Source: an uncultured Clostridia bacterium (GTDB taxonomy: Bacteria; Bacillota; Clostridia; Christensenellales; UBA1242). From it: DNA of 64,000 nucleotides. Below are positions 19,350 through 28,076 of this stretch, one piece after another. Location of the stretch: positions 77,216-141,215 of the forward strand of contig CANPWN010000001.1 in assembly GCA_947584415.1 (NCBI GenBank). Reading direction: 5' to 3'. Every line of letters starts with the position of its first letter. The first letter of the stretch is position 1. The position numbers and the translations under genes were made by a program. The notes under the pieces were generated by a model. That model searched no databases. It worked only from the letters and a program-made list of their open reading frames with translations, and was not told where the DNA came from.

Positions 19350-21326
19350 TTATTCAAGTGCTACTGCAAAACCTTTGCCTTTTAAAAACGTTTCAACCGA
19401 GGTCGTTGTGATGTTGCCGCCTGCCCATGTGTTCCACCGTAGCGCTGGATAGCCATTGTTGATTGCGCCGCATATCCATTCGCTGTCGGTAAAGCCAGTG
19501 GCATACACTTTCTTTTCCGCACTTGTGTCATATAAATATACACCTGCATATTTTGTAAGGCTGCTTACTGACAAATAGCCAAAAAGAATTTGGTCATCAG
19601 TGTCACTCTGTGATTTTAACTTTCCAACCGCAAAGGAATCAGTTATCGACACATTACTTGCGTAAACTGCTGTCGGAAACCGCCTTCCAGCAAACGCTGA
19701 CGGATAATATCCCTCCATTCCTGTGGAGACAAAGCCGCAACCTTGTATTGTAATATTACTGTAGCCAACAGAAGAGCGCCCTCCACAGAAAAAGCCCGCT
19801 ACAATTCCGTCATAATCACCTGTTTGCATTGAAGAGCCTTCCCTATACACATTTTGTAACGTGCATTCGTTAAATGCACAAAATATCATCCCCGCAAAAT
19901 TCCCTGCCGTTGTATTCATATCTATAAAATTTACATTTTTTATTGTGGCATTTTCCATTATAAAAATGAAGCAACTTATTTTGCCATCATGAAGCGAAAG
20001 TTCATCATTTGACAATATGGTTTCTTTTGGGTTTAAATTAAAAATTGTATGTCCCTGCCCGTCAAAAGTGCCAGTGAAATGTTTGATAGTTGTAAATGTT
20101 TTGCCAGCACAGTCAATGTCATTATCAAGGAAGAATTTGGCAGTCGAATTAAATTTTCCACCCGCATTTGTATAGGCTTCCATCGCTTGCAGCCCAGTAA
20201 AATCTGTGATATGGTATGAGCCATCTTTTGCTTTATAAATGCCAGGATAAGTTTGAATAAAAATATCAAATGGGGATGATAAAATTTCACTGTTTACGCA
20301 ATTTAATATCATACATGGACGGAAACCAAAATTATCATTAAGCACATGGTCACTGTCATAAAGTGTGCCATCATCTATGACAAAAGTTCCTAAAAAAGAA
20401 AATAACCCAGCAGAACGCAACCAATAAAAACCTGTTTCATTACGATAATCAGAGCCTGATGTAAATAAACTAAATGCATTGTTTGACAAAGCAAAATCTG
20501 ATGGCGATGCCGTTCGAGACTCTTCTGCTGTAGAACCACGATGAGAGCGAAGATAATATATGCCTTCTGCGTCTGTGGCTGGACAAAAAGTTTCGCTCAT
20601 TTCATAATAAGATGGAAGCCAAACATAATCCTGCGTTTGCGTTCCTTTCCCATCTGAATCAGGATTTGTGTAATCACCGGTTATGTTATTCTTGATTTTA
20701 GCCAATTTGATAAAATCCAAAGTATTGAGATTGGATTTTTCATAAAACTCTTCATTTGCAAATGCACGAATCTCTGAATCTGCCCAACTATTACCATCTG
20801 GGTCCGTTGCGTTAAAATGAACATATGAAGTGAGTAAAACATCAGAAATGACTGTAACTTCTTTTGCTAGTGTAGGTTCTTTCCCGTCAATTATCCACCA
20901 TTTAATTGGCTCAACCTTAAACCATCTTATTAAACCACTTTCTCCAATAACCGTGCCATCTTGATAAGTATATTGAGCAGAATTAGTTATTTGCTCACCT
21001 CTAACATATTTAGTGCCATTATAAGTGTATTCTGTCCACTCATTATCATAAATTGTATATACTTTGCCAGTTGTTTGAGCAGTGCCAGATGTAACGGCAG
21101 AATTTAATGTTTGTTCCATTGAACTTCCAACATATGTCTGTGGCCATTCACCCAAATTTGTATAATAATATTCATGATTATTTAAATTTACTTTCACCCA
21201 CTTTATTGTTGTATCTCCTACCGCAGTGATTGTGGATGGAGTTGAAGAAGTTATAAGATTTGAAATGTTTGGAAAACAGAAGAGTGAAAAGATAAAAGCC
21301 AAGACTAATGAAAAAGTTGTTTTCAA
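19350..21326 (-). CDS. secreted protein: N-terminal (Y)WLRS-type domain (DUF6273-like) plus C-terminal GLUG-like region. The 5' end is probably disrupted or phase-switched by the G10 tract.
   Basis: Signal peptide KTTFSLVLAFIFSLFCF and FTGTFDGQGHTIFNL. The annotated TTG start has no SD. The frame stays open upstream to 21431, and an SD+ATG at 21412 is one G out of frame. Confidence 0.65.
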   Translation of the reverse strand: MKTTFSLVLAFIFSLFCFPNISNLITSSTPSTITAVGDTTIKWVKVNLNNHEYYYTNLGEWPQTYVGSSMEQTLNSAVTSGTAQTTGKVYTIYDNEWTEYTYNGTKYVRGEQITNSAQYTYQDGTVIGESGLIRWFKVEPIKWWIIDGKEPTLAKEVTVISDVLLTSYVHFNATDPDGNSWADSEIRAFANEEFYEKSNLNTLDFIKLAKIKNNITGDYTNPDSDGKGTQTQDYVWLPSYYEMSETFCPATDAEGIYYLRSHRGSTAEESRTASPSDFALSNNAFSLFTSGSDYRNETGFYWLRSAGLFSFLGTFVIDDGTLYDSDHVLNDNFGFRPCMILNCVNSEILSSPFDIFIQTYPGIYKAKDGSYHITDFTGLQAMEAYTNAGGKFNSTAKFFLDNDIDCAGKTFTTIKHFTGTFDGQGHTIFNLNPKETILSNDELSLHDGKISCFIFIMENATIKNVNFIDMNTTAGNFAGMIFCAFNECTLQNVYREGSSMQTGDYDGIVAGFFCGGRSSVGYSNITIQGCGFVSTGMEGYYPSAFAGRRFPTAVYASNVSITDSFAVGKLKSQSDTDDQILFGYLSVSSLTKYAGVYLYDTSAEKKVYATGFTDSEWICGAINNGYPALRWNTWAGGNITTTSVETFLKGKGFAVALE

Positions 21327-21348
21327 AAATCTTGGCTTATTTTGAAAA

Positions 21349-21357
21349 TGTGGATAA
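21349..21357. promoter_or_regulatory. perfect DnaA-box 9-mer (TTATCCACA on minus strand)
   Basis: tgtggataa read on the plus strand, 23 nt upstream of the TTG start of the secreted-protein ORF. Confidence 0.5.
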
Positions 21358-21380
21358 TTTTTAGTTAGGCAGTAAGGCTG

Positions 21381-21390
21381 CCCCCCCCCC
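21381..21390. repeat. C10/G10 homopolymer tract
   Basis: ggctg-cccccccccc-ggtggg, an uninterrupted 10-mer in an otherwise AT-rich region. Confidence 0.95.
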
Positions 21391-21438
21391 GGTGGGTAAC
21401 AAAATGTTGCATACTTCCCTCGCTTGAAGTTTTATCAC

Positions 21439-21447
21439 TGTGGATAA
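21439..21447. promoter_or_regulatory. perfect DnaA-box 9-mer (TTATCCACA on minus strand)
   Basis: tgtggataa within tgtggataactt, just downstream of a TTGTTA-16-TATAAT promoter-like element on the minus strand (about 21462-21489). Confidence 0.5.
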
Positions 21448-21550
21448 CTTACATTTTTATTATAAGCATTTTTTTGCAATTAACAAAATAAAATCATATA
21501 AAAATCACAAAAATCAGTGTAAAATTGACAAAAATTTGAATATTTAAACA

Positions 21551-21578
21551 AAAAAAACTTCAAGGGCGTGCCTTGAAG
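21551..21578 (-). terminator. rho-independent terminator after ppdK
   Basis: cttcaagg-gcgtg-ccttgaag 8-bp stem with a T-run on the minus strand. Confidence 0.8.
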
Positions 21579-21599
21579 TTTTGATTCTCTTCCAATAAA

Positions 21600-24227
21600 T
21601 TACTTTCTTGGATTCTTAATTGCAGCCTGTGCAGCAGCAAGCCTTGCTATTGGAACACGGAAAGGTGAGCAAGAAACATAGTTAAGCCCAACATTGTGGC
21701 AGAACTCAACACTTGATGGGTCACCACCATGTTCGCCGCAGATTCCAAGTTTGATGTCTGGGCGAGTGCCTCTTCCAAGGTCAGCAGCCATCTTAACAAG
21801 TTTGCCAACGCCAGTTGTGTCCAAACGAGCAAATGGGTCAGACTCAAAAATCTTTTTCTCATAGTATTCGTCAAGGAATTTGCCAGCGTCATCACGGCTA
21901 AAGCCAAATGTCATTTGTGTAAGGTCGTTTGTTCCAAAAGAGAAGAATTCCGCACTCTTTGCAACTTCGTCAGCAGTGAGCGCTGCACGAGGAATTTCAA
22001 TCATTGTGCCAATTTTGTAATGAAGGTCGGCTTTCTTCTTTGCAATAACTTCGTCTGCTTTTGCAGCAACAATATCGCGAACATATTTGAATTCGTGGCT
22101 GTCGCAAGTGAGAGGTATCATGATTTCAGGAACAATGTTGTAACCTTTTGCTTTCTTAACTTCAATTGCAGCCTCAATAACAGCCTGTGTTTGCATTTCA
22201 GCAATTTCAGGGTATGTCACAGCAAGTCTAAGTCCACGGTGACCCATCATTGGGTTGAACTCGTGAAGGTCAGCAACTGTTTGTTTGAGTGATGCAGCAG
22301 AAATTCCAAGGTCTTTTGCAAGAGTTTTGATTTCAGCATCAGTGTGTGGCAAGAATTCATGAAGAGGTGGGTCCAAGAAACGAATTGTAACAGGTTTGCC
22401 CTGCATTGCAGTGTAAAGACCTTTAAAGTCTTTCTTTTGCATTGGGAGAAGTTTTGCAAGGGCTTTCTTTCTGTCCTCAACATTTGTTGCAACAATCATT
22501 TCACGCATAGGCATAATTCTGTCAGCGTCAAAGAACATGTGTTCTGTTCTGCAAAGTCCAATTCCCTCTGCACCAAAGTCAAAGGCAACTTTTGCATCTC
22601 TTGGGTTGTCGGCGTTTGTGCGAACTTGAAGTTGACGATATTTATCCGCCCACTTCATGATTGTTGCAAACTCACCTGCAATTTTTGCTGGTTCTGTTGC
22701 AATTTCGCCGGCATAAATCTTTCCTGTTGAACCATCAAAGGAAAGAATATCTCCTTCTTTGAAGGTGTGTTTGCCAATTGCAAATGATTTTCCATCTGGA
22801 GCAAATTTGATTGCACTGCATCCGGCAACGCAAGCAGTTCCCATACCTCTTGCAACAACGGCAGCGTGAGAGGTCATACCTCCGCGAGCAGTCAAAATGC
22901 CTTCTGATGCCATCATGCCTTCAATATCTTCTGGAGAGGTTTCAAGGCGAACAAGAACAAGTTTTTCTCCCTGTTCTTTAAGTTCTTTTGCTCTCTCTGC
23001 TGTGAAAACAACTTTTCCGCAAGCAGCCCCTGGAGAAGCAGGAAGTGCTTCAGCAATTGGAGTTGCTTTTTTAAGTGCAGCAGCCTCAAATTGTGGGTGC
23101 AAAAGTGCATCAAGTTGTTTTGGGTCAATTGAAAGAAGGGCTTCTTTTTCAGTGAGCATCTTTTCTTTCACAAGGTCAACAGCAACTTTAAGAGCAGCAC
23201 GTGCTGTCCTCTTTCCGTTTCTTGTTTGAAGCATATAGAGTTTGCCTTTTTCAATAGTGAACTCCATATCCTGCATGTCGCGGTTGTGTTTTTCAAGTGC
23301 TTTTGTGATGCGAACAAACTCTTCATAAACCTTTGGGTTTTGTTTTTTGAGTGTTGAAATTGGAAGTGGTGTTCTTATTCCGGCAACAACATCTTCGCCC
23401 TGTGCGTTCATAAGATATTCACCATAAATTTCATTCTCGCCTGTAACAGGGTTTCTTGAGAAGGCAACACCTGTTCCAGAGTCCTCAGAAAGATTTCCGA
23501 AAACCATCATTTGAACATTGACTGCTGTTCCCCACTCATAAGGGATGTCATGTTCACGGCGATAAATGTTCGCTCTCTTGTTATCCCATGACCTAAAAAC
23601 GGCTTTAACTGCTTCTGTCAGTTGAACACGAGGGTCTTGTGGAAACTCTACGCCAAGCCCTTTCTTGTAAAGGTCTTTGAACATCTTAACGATATCTTTA
23701 AGGTCTTCTGCTGAAAGGTCTTTGTCAAACTTAACGCCTTTCTTTTCTTTCACTTGGTCAAGAATTCTCTCATATTTTGATTTGTCCTGTTGCATAACAA
23801 CATCTGAGAACATTTGGATAAATCTTCTGTATGAGTCATAAGCAAAACGAGGGTTGTTTGTCAGTTTTGCAAGTCCTTCAACAACCTTATCATTGAGGCC
23901 GAGGTTTAAAACTGTGTCCATCATGCCAGGCATTGAAACTCTTGCGCCTGAACGAACTGAAACAAGAAGTGGATTGTTTATGTCGCCAAACTTTTTGCCT
24001 GTCACTTTTTCAAGTTCAACAAGTTTTGTTTCAATCTGCTTTTCAATGTCAGCATTGATTTTTCTGCCATCTGCATAATACTGTGTGCAGGCTTCGGTGG
24101 TGATTGTAAAGCCTTGTGGCACAGGCATGCCAAGTTTTGTCATTTCTGCAAGGTTTGCTCCTTTCCCACCAAAAAGAGCCTTGTTGCTTCCGTCTGCTTC
24201 TTTAAAAGAATAAACAAATTTTTTCAT
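21600..24227 (-). CDS. ppdK: pyruvate, phosphate dikinase
   Basis: MKKFVYSFKEADGSNKALFGGKGANLAEM..., phosphohistidine region GGMTSHAAVVARGMG, and C-terminal PEP-utilizer domain. ATG 24227 follows AAGGAGAAG. The upstream part of the track ORF looks like non-coding read-through. Confidence 0.95.
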   Translation of the reverse strand: MKKFVYSFKEADGSNKALFGGKGANLAEMTKLGMPVPQGFTITTEACTQYYADGRKINADIEKQIETKLVELEKVTGKKFGDINNPLLVSVRSGARVSMPGMMDTVLNLGLNDKVVEGLAKLTNNPRFAYDSYRRFIQMFSDVVMQQDKSKYERILDQVKEKKGVKFDKDLSAEDLKDIVKMFKDLYKKGLGVEFPQDPRVQLTEAVKAVFRSWDNKRANIYRREHDIPYEWGTAVNVQMMVFGNLSEDSGTGVAFSRNPVTGENEIYGEYLMNAQGEDVVAGIRTPLPISTLKKQNPKVYEEFVRITKALEKHNRDMQDMEFTIEKGKLYMLQTRNGKRTARAALKVAVDLVKEKMLTEKEALLSIDPKQLDALLHPQFEAAALKKATPIAEALPASPGAACGKVVFTAERAKELKEQGEKLVLVRLETSPEDIEGMMASEGILTARGGMTSHAAVVARGMGTACVAGCSAIKFAPDGKSFAIGKHTFKEGDILSFDGSTGKIYAGEIATEPAKIAGEFATIMKWADKYRQLQVRTNADNPRDAKVAFDFGAEGIGLCRTEHMFFDADRIMPMREMIVATNVEDRKKALAKLLPMQKKDFKGLYTAMQGKPVTIRFLDPPLHEFLPHTDAEIKTLAKDLGISAASLKQTVADLHEFNPMMGHRGLRLAVTYPEIAEMQTQAVIEAAIEVKKAKGYNIVPEIMIPLTCDSHEFKYVRDIVAAKADEVIAKKKADLHYKIGTMIEIPRAALTADEVAKSAEFFSFGTNDLTQMTFGFSRDDAGKFLDEYYEKKIFESDPFARLDTTGVGKLVKMAADLGRGTRPDIKLGICGEHGGDPSSVEFCHNVGLNYVSCSPFRVPIARLAAAQAAIKNPRK

Positions 24228-24254
24228 AACTTCTCCTTTTTTTGATACGAGTAT

Positions 24255-24283
24255 ATTATAGCGAAATGGCAAATTTTTTCCAA
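24255..24283 (-). promoter_or_regulatory. candidate ppdK promoter TTGGAA-17-TATAAT
   Basis: Hexamers read on the minus strand, about 28 nt upstream of the ATG. Confidence 0.45.
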
Positions 24284-24380
24284 ATAAAATGACAGATAAA
24301 ACTAAAATTTTTTGCATGAATTTTTTTGATGAAAAATGTATTTGTTTTTTTCGAAAACACAACAAGCAAACAATTTTAAT

Positions 24381-24503
24381 CTTCAAAGAAAATACCCTCA
24401 CCCAATCTCGAAAAAATGCTTGTCATTTTTTCGAAAACAAAAAAAACAAGCGCTCCTCGAGTGATTGCGAATAGCAACCCGAGTAAAAGCGCCGCTTTTT
24501 TTG
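24381..24503. repeat. single copy of the tRNA-flanking hairpin element (same family as 30052-30454)
   Basis: cgaaaaaatg-cttgt-cattttttcg (24409-24433) followed by ttgc-gaata-gcaa (24465-24477). Same order and loop sequence as the units at 30268 and 30359. Confidence 0.6.
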
Positions 24504-24578
24504 TGGCTGGGGTGGCAGGATTTGAACCTACGAATGCAAGAGTCAAAGTCTTGTGCCTTACCGCTTGGCGACACCCCA
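24504..24578 (-). tRNA. tRNA-Gln (anticodon UUG)
   Basis: Hand-folded cloverleaf: acceptor TGGGGTG/CACCCCA, anticodon loop CTTTGAC, T-loop GGTTCAAATCC, encoded CCA. Confidence 0.88.
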
Positions 24579-24597
24579 ATGTTAAAAATGCATTGAC

Positions 24598-24626
24598 ATT
24601 TTAGCAAATTTGACAAGTTATGTCAA
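24598..24626 (-). promoter_or_regulatory. promoter TTGACA-17-TAAAAT for tRNA-Gln
   Basis: Consensus -35 and exact 17-nt spacing. The -10 ends about 20 nt before the tRNA 5' end. Confidence 0.7.
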
Positions 24627-24643
24627 CGATTTTTAAAAAATTC

Positions 24644-25399
24644 TTAAATACAAGTGGTGTCTGTCCTGTTATCAGCGGCCACATAAAGTTCTTCTGTTGG
24701 CATCTTTCCCATCACTCTTGTAAGGGTTCTGTCATTATCTCTGCCCACGACATATTGTGCATTTGTTGTTGCAAAGCAAGGGTCCATGCAAAGAACAGGG
24801 TTCTGATTAAAAATCTGCTCAACGCTAAGGCCAAATCGCCTGCCCATGATATAAAGTGCTTTTGTTTGCTCGTCAGTCAAAGTGACAGGCATGTTAAACT
24901 GATTATATTCATATTTGTCAAGCCACTTTGAGCGCAAAGAAGCAAAATTATTGTCGCGAGTTGTTTCATCATGGTCATAACCTGGCACAATACTAAAAAG
25001 CCCATGCTGATTTTTGTCTGAAGGAGGAAAATATCTGACGCGAAGACTATCACGCAAACTTATGCCATTATATTTCAGCCATGCAGCAGTTTCATAATGT
25101 CTCGACCCTTTTTCTGGAAGCGCATAAATTGTGCCGTCACTTAAAATAAGCACTGCATGCGGCATTTTTGGATATTTTGTCAATTTGTCAAGAGTGAAAT
25201 ATGTTTTACCATCTTGAGATGGCGAAAAATAATCATCAGGATATTCATCTTCTGAGAAAAACTCAACCCTCTTGCCCTGAACGGTCAAAGCCCAGTCGTC
25301 AAGGCCCTCAGCCATTTTATCTTCATGCCTTGCATCAATCAATTTAAGTCCTGCATCCAAATATTCTTCAATTCTTTGTGTCGCTGGAATAATTGCCAT
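24644..25399 (-). CDS. hypothetical protein (251 aa)
   Basis: Long ORF with AAGAGG SD. No recognisable motif. Confidence 0.55.
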   Translation of the reverse strand: MAIIPATQRIEEYLDAGLKLIDARHEDKMAEGLDDWALTVQGKRVEFFSEDEYPDDYFSPSQDGKTYFTLDKLTKYPKMPHAVLILSDGTIYALPEKGSRHYETAAWLKYNGISLRDSLRVRYFPPSDKNQHGLFSIVPGYDHDETTRDNNFASLRSKWLDKYEYNQFNMPVTLTDEQTKALYIMGRRFGLSVEQIFNQNPVLCMDPCFATTNAQYVVGRDNDRTLTRVMGKMPTEELYVAADNRTDTTCI

Positions 25400-25497
25400 A
25401 TTTTACCTCTTTATATTTATATTATATCATAATTCAACATTAAAATAAAGAGAAAAATGAAAAAAGTGCCTGATTTTCAAGCACTTTTTATGAAATT

Positions 25498-26193
25498 TTA
25501 GGCTTTTGTCACAGTGAAGATGTTGCCGTCACTTTCAGAAACCTTATAGCCTTCAGCAAGATATTTCCCGTCACCATTGTTGTCCTTGGAAGCATCAAAG
25601 CCATAATATGTGCCGCCCATAACACTTATTGTTGCTGTGCCACGGTTTTGGTCAATGACATTGAGCATATATTTTGTGCCATATGTGACGTTTGTTGGGT
25701 CAAGTTTGAATGTTCCGCCCTTAATTTCTGCCGCGCCATGCACAACTTGAACAGCTGTAAGTTGCGTTTCAAAAGTTCCGCTTTCAATCGTCACTTTGGC
25801 AGTCCTGTCTTCACTTGTTCCGCCGTCAACATTGATAAGATAAACATCATTGCTCTTCATCTTGCCGTTGCCGACAATAGTCAGGTCTCCGCCGTTTTCC
25901 ACTTGAATCATGGTGATGCCATTTGGCTTTTCACGTTCAGTCTTGCTCCAAGTCAGCTCTTCTGTGAGCGTCTTGCCATTGAGATTGAGTCTGACGCTCT
26001 TCCCTATTTTGAGAGTTTGGTCAAGCGTGATGTCTTTGTCAAGCACAACCTCCCCGCCATTTTGAACGGCACTGACAAGCTCCGCCGCTGTGGACACATG
26101 GCTCTCTTGTCCTCCGCCGCCGCAACCAGCCATTGTCAGTCCGCACGCAGCAATAAGTGAAGTTGCTGCAAGCACTTTTAATGTTTTTTTCAT
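25498..26193 (-). CDS. lipoprotein, probable beta-helix fold
   Basis: Lipobox LTMAGC after a signal peptide. Repeating G.G....G beta-strand periodicity. Confidence 0.6.
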   Translation of the reverse strand: MKKTLKVLAATSLIAACGLTMAGCGGGGQESHVSTAAELVSAVQNGGEVVLDKDITLDQTLKIGKSVRLNLNGKTLTEELTWSKTEREKPNGITMIQVENGGDLTIVGNGKMKSNDVYLINVDGGTSEDRTAKVTIESGTFETQLTAVQVVHGAAEIKGGTFKLDPTNVTYGTKYMLNVIDQNRGTATISVMGGTYYGFDASKDNNGDGKYLAEGYKVSESDGNIFTVTKA

Positions 26194-26263
26194 GTTTTTT
26201 CTCCTTTTTTATAGGTTTTTAACCTAAATTCAAAGTTAGTATGTGAGAAAAAATGAAAATTAT

Positions 26264-26291
26264 TAAAAAAAAACAAGGTCATTTGCCTTGT
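26264..26291 (-). terminator. rho-independent terminator after degV-family gene
   Basis: acaagg-tcatttg-ccttgt with a long T-run on the minus strand. Confidence 0.7.
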
Positions 26292-26292
26292 T

Positions 26293-27120
26293 TTATTTAT
26301 TTGCCACGAAGATGAGTCCGTATGCGTTTGGGCCCCAGTGTGCCGCAATGGCTGGGTCAAGTTCGTCATAAACGCGGATGAGAGGAAGATATTTTTGGTC
26401 GACCATGCTGACAAGTTCGTCCAAATTTTTGCGCGAATATGTGTAAGATGCAATGATGTTATAGTTTGTGTCGCAATCAAGTTCTTTGAGTGCGTTTGCG
26501 ATGTAACTCATGGAGTTTTTTGTGCCCATCTTTTTTGCATGGACATGAACATTGCCGTCCTTAAAGCCAATGATTGGTCTGATTTTCAGCATGCTGCCAA
26601 TTATCCACTCAAGTCTTGCAAGTCTGCCGCCGCGGAAGAGATATTCAAGCGTTTCAGGAATTGCCATGATTTTTATGCGAGGGATAAGTGCGTTGACCTT
26701 CTCGACAATTTCATCCAAACTTTTATCTCTGTTTCTGTTGATTTCGTCAACCATAAGCCTCATGCCACCAACTGCCATGCGACTGTCAATGACGCGGACA
26801 TGTGGGTTGTTTTCAAACATCTTTGTTATTGATTCGTTTGTGCTTGAAATTTTTGATGAAATTGTGATAATGATAACATCATCACCCTTGTCTGTGCAAG
26901 CAAGCACATTTTTTTCAAGTTCAACAAGGTTTGGGAGCGAAGTTTTTGGAAAAATCTTTTCGTCCACAAGAGCATGATAAAACTCTTCCATGCTCAAATT
27001 TACGCCGTCCAAATATTCCTTTTCGCCAAGCATAATCTGAAGAGGAATTATGTCCACTTTGTATTTTTCAGCCTCATCTTGCTTTATGCTGCTGCCTGAA
27101 TCAATGAAAACTTTTAACAT
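26293..27120 (-). CDS. DegV family fatty-acid-binding protein
   Basis: MLKVFIDSGSSI... N-terminus and overall DegV layout, 275 aa. Confidence 0.8.
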   Translation of the reverse strand: MLKVFIDSGSSIKQDEAEKYKVDIIPLQIMLGEKEYLDGVNLSMEEFYHALVDEKIFPKTSLPNLVELEKNVLACTDKGDDVIIITISSKISSTNESITKMFENNPHVRVIDSRMAVGGMRLMVDEINRNRDKSLDEIVEKVNALIPRIKIMAIPETLEYLFRGGRLARLEWIIGSMLKIRPIIGFKDGNVHVHAKKMGTKNSMSYIANALKELDCDTNYNIIASYTYSRKNLDELVSMVDQKYLPLIRVYDELDPAIAAHWGPNAYGLIFVANK

Positions 27121-27214
27121 ACCTCTCCTTTTTAGTTATAAGTATATTTCATTATATCTATGAAAATGAAAAAAGTCAAATGAATAATCTCATTTGGGGT
27201 AAAATTAGCCACCC

Positions 27215-27952
27215 TTATTTTTTCACTGCTTTGATAATAAGAAAGTTCGGCTTATGATAACGCCTTTTTAGTTTTGGCTCTTTTTTAATTGCCGCCTTTG
27301 ATGGAAGGGGCTCTAAAACTCTTTCCACTTTAAATCCAGCATCAATCAGTGCATTGATAACTTCTGAAAAAGTCCTGTGATACATGATAACATCTTCCAC
27401 AAGCCAATTAACTTTGCGCTTGCCACTTAAGGCGTAATCAGAAAGGTTGTAAGCAACCGTCTCACCCTTTTCATTTTTAATCCATTTTGGGCCATCAATT
27501 GGAGCGGTTGAAAAAGGATGCTCTTGTGAAAAGATAAATTCACCGCCCTTTTTTAATATAGCGAAAACCTGCTTCGCCAAAGAGTTAAAATCCTTTATAT
27601 AATGAAGTGTCAACGAACTGAACACAACATCATATTTTTTATGCACAAACGACAGGTCGCTTATGTCCGCCCTCACAAACTTAATGCCCGGATTTTCTCT
27701 TTTCGCAACTTCCAACATTTTTTCAGAAATATCAACACCAACAACCTCTTTTGCTCCCATTTTTTTGAAATGTGCGCAATGTTCAGCATAGCCGCACCCC
27801 AAATCTATCACATCTTTTCCGTGTAAATCTGGAGCAAGCGAATATATTGCAGGCATTTCCTCCAAAATATTTGCACTCTGCTTGTCCTGTCTTATTTTTT
27901 TGTAACCTTCAAAAAAAGTTTCGTTATCATAGATGTTTTGTGTTTTTCCCAT
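27215..27952 (-). CDS. class I SAM-dependent methyltransferase
   Basis: VIDLGCGYAEH motif I and DVVFSSLTLHY. ATG 27952 follows GGAGGGG. Confidence 0.8.
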   Translation of the reverse strand: MGKTQNIYDNETFFEGYKKIRQDKQSANILEEMPAIYSLAPDLHGKDVIDLGCGYAEHCAHFKKMGAKEVVGVDISEKMLEVAKRENPGIKFVRADISDLSFVHKKYDVVFSSLTLHYIKDFNSLAKQVFAILKKGGEFIFSQEHPFSTAPIDGPKWIKNEKGETVAYNLSDYALSGKRKVNWLVEDVIMYHRTFSEVINALIDAGFKVERVLEPLPSKAAIKKEPKLKRRYHKPNFLIIKAVKK

Positions 27953-28076
27953 AACCCCTCCATGAAAAATTATAGCACATCTTCCAAACAAATAAAAAGA
28001 AAACCACCTTATTTTTCAATCAATCTTGACATAAGCCTTGCCGACATGTTATAATCATAAAAACTTGGAGGAAAAA

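Noticed and set aside
24228-24401. Upstream extensions of track ORFs: ppdK 24228-24401, priA 18989-19054, ypeB 8402-8524, murF 1958-2023, and several ribosomal genes
   Set aside because: Internal ATGs with strong SDs give canonical family N-termini. The extensions overlap upstream genes or promoters.
24411-24424. AAAAATGCTTG(T/C)CA, shared with the S10 promoter (AAAAATGCTTGACT), read as an UP-element plus -35 promoter module
   Set aside because: None of the three spacer copies has a -10-like hexamer 16-18 nt downstream. In all of them the motif forms the 5' half and loop of a perfect hairpin.
24376-24616. Track ORFs of 60-72 aa overlapping tRNA-Gln and the hairpin element
   Set aside because: They overlap a well-folded tRNA and its promoter. 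The translations are low-quality and they lack an SD.
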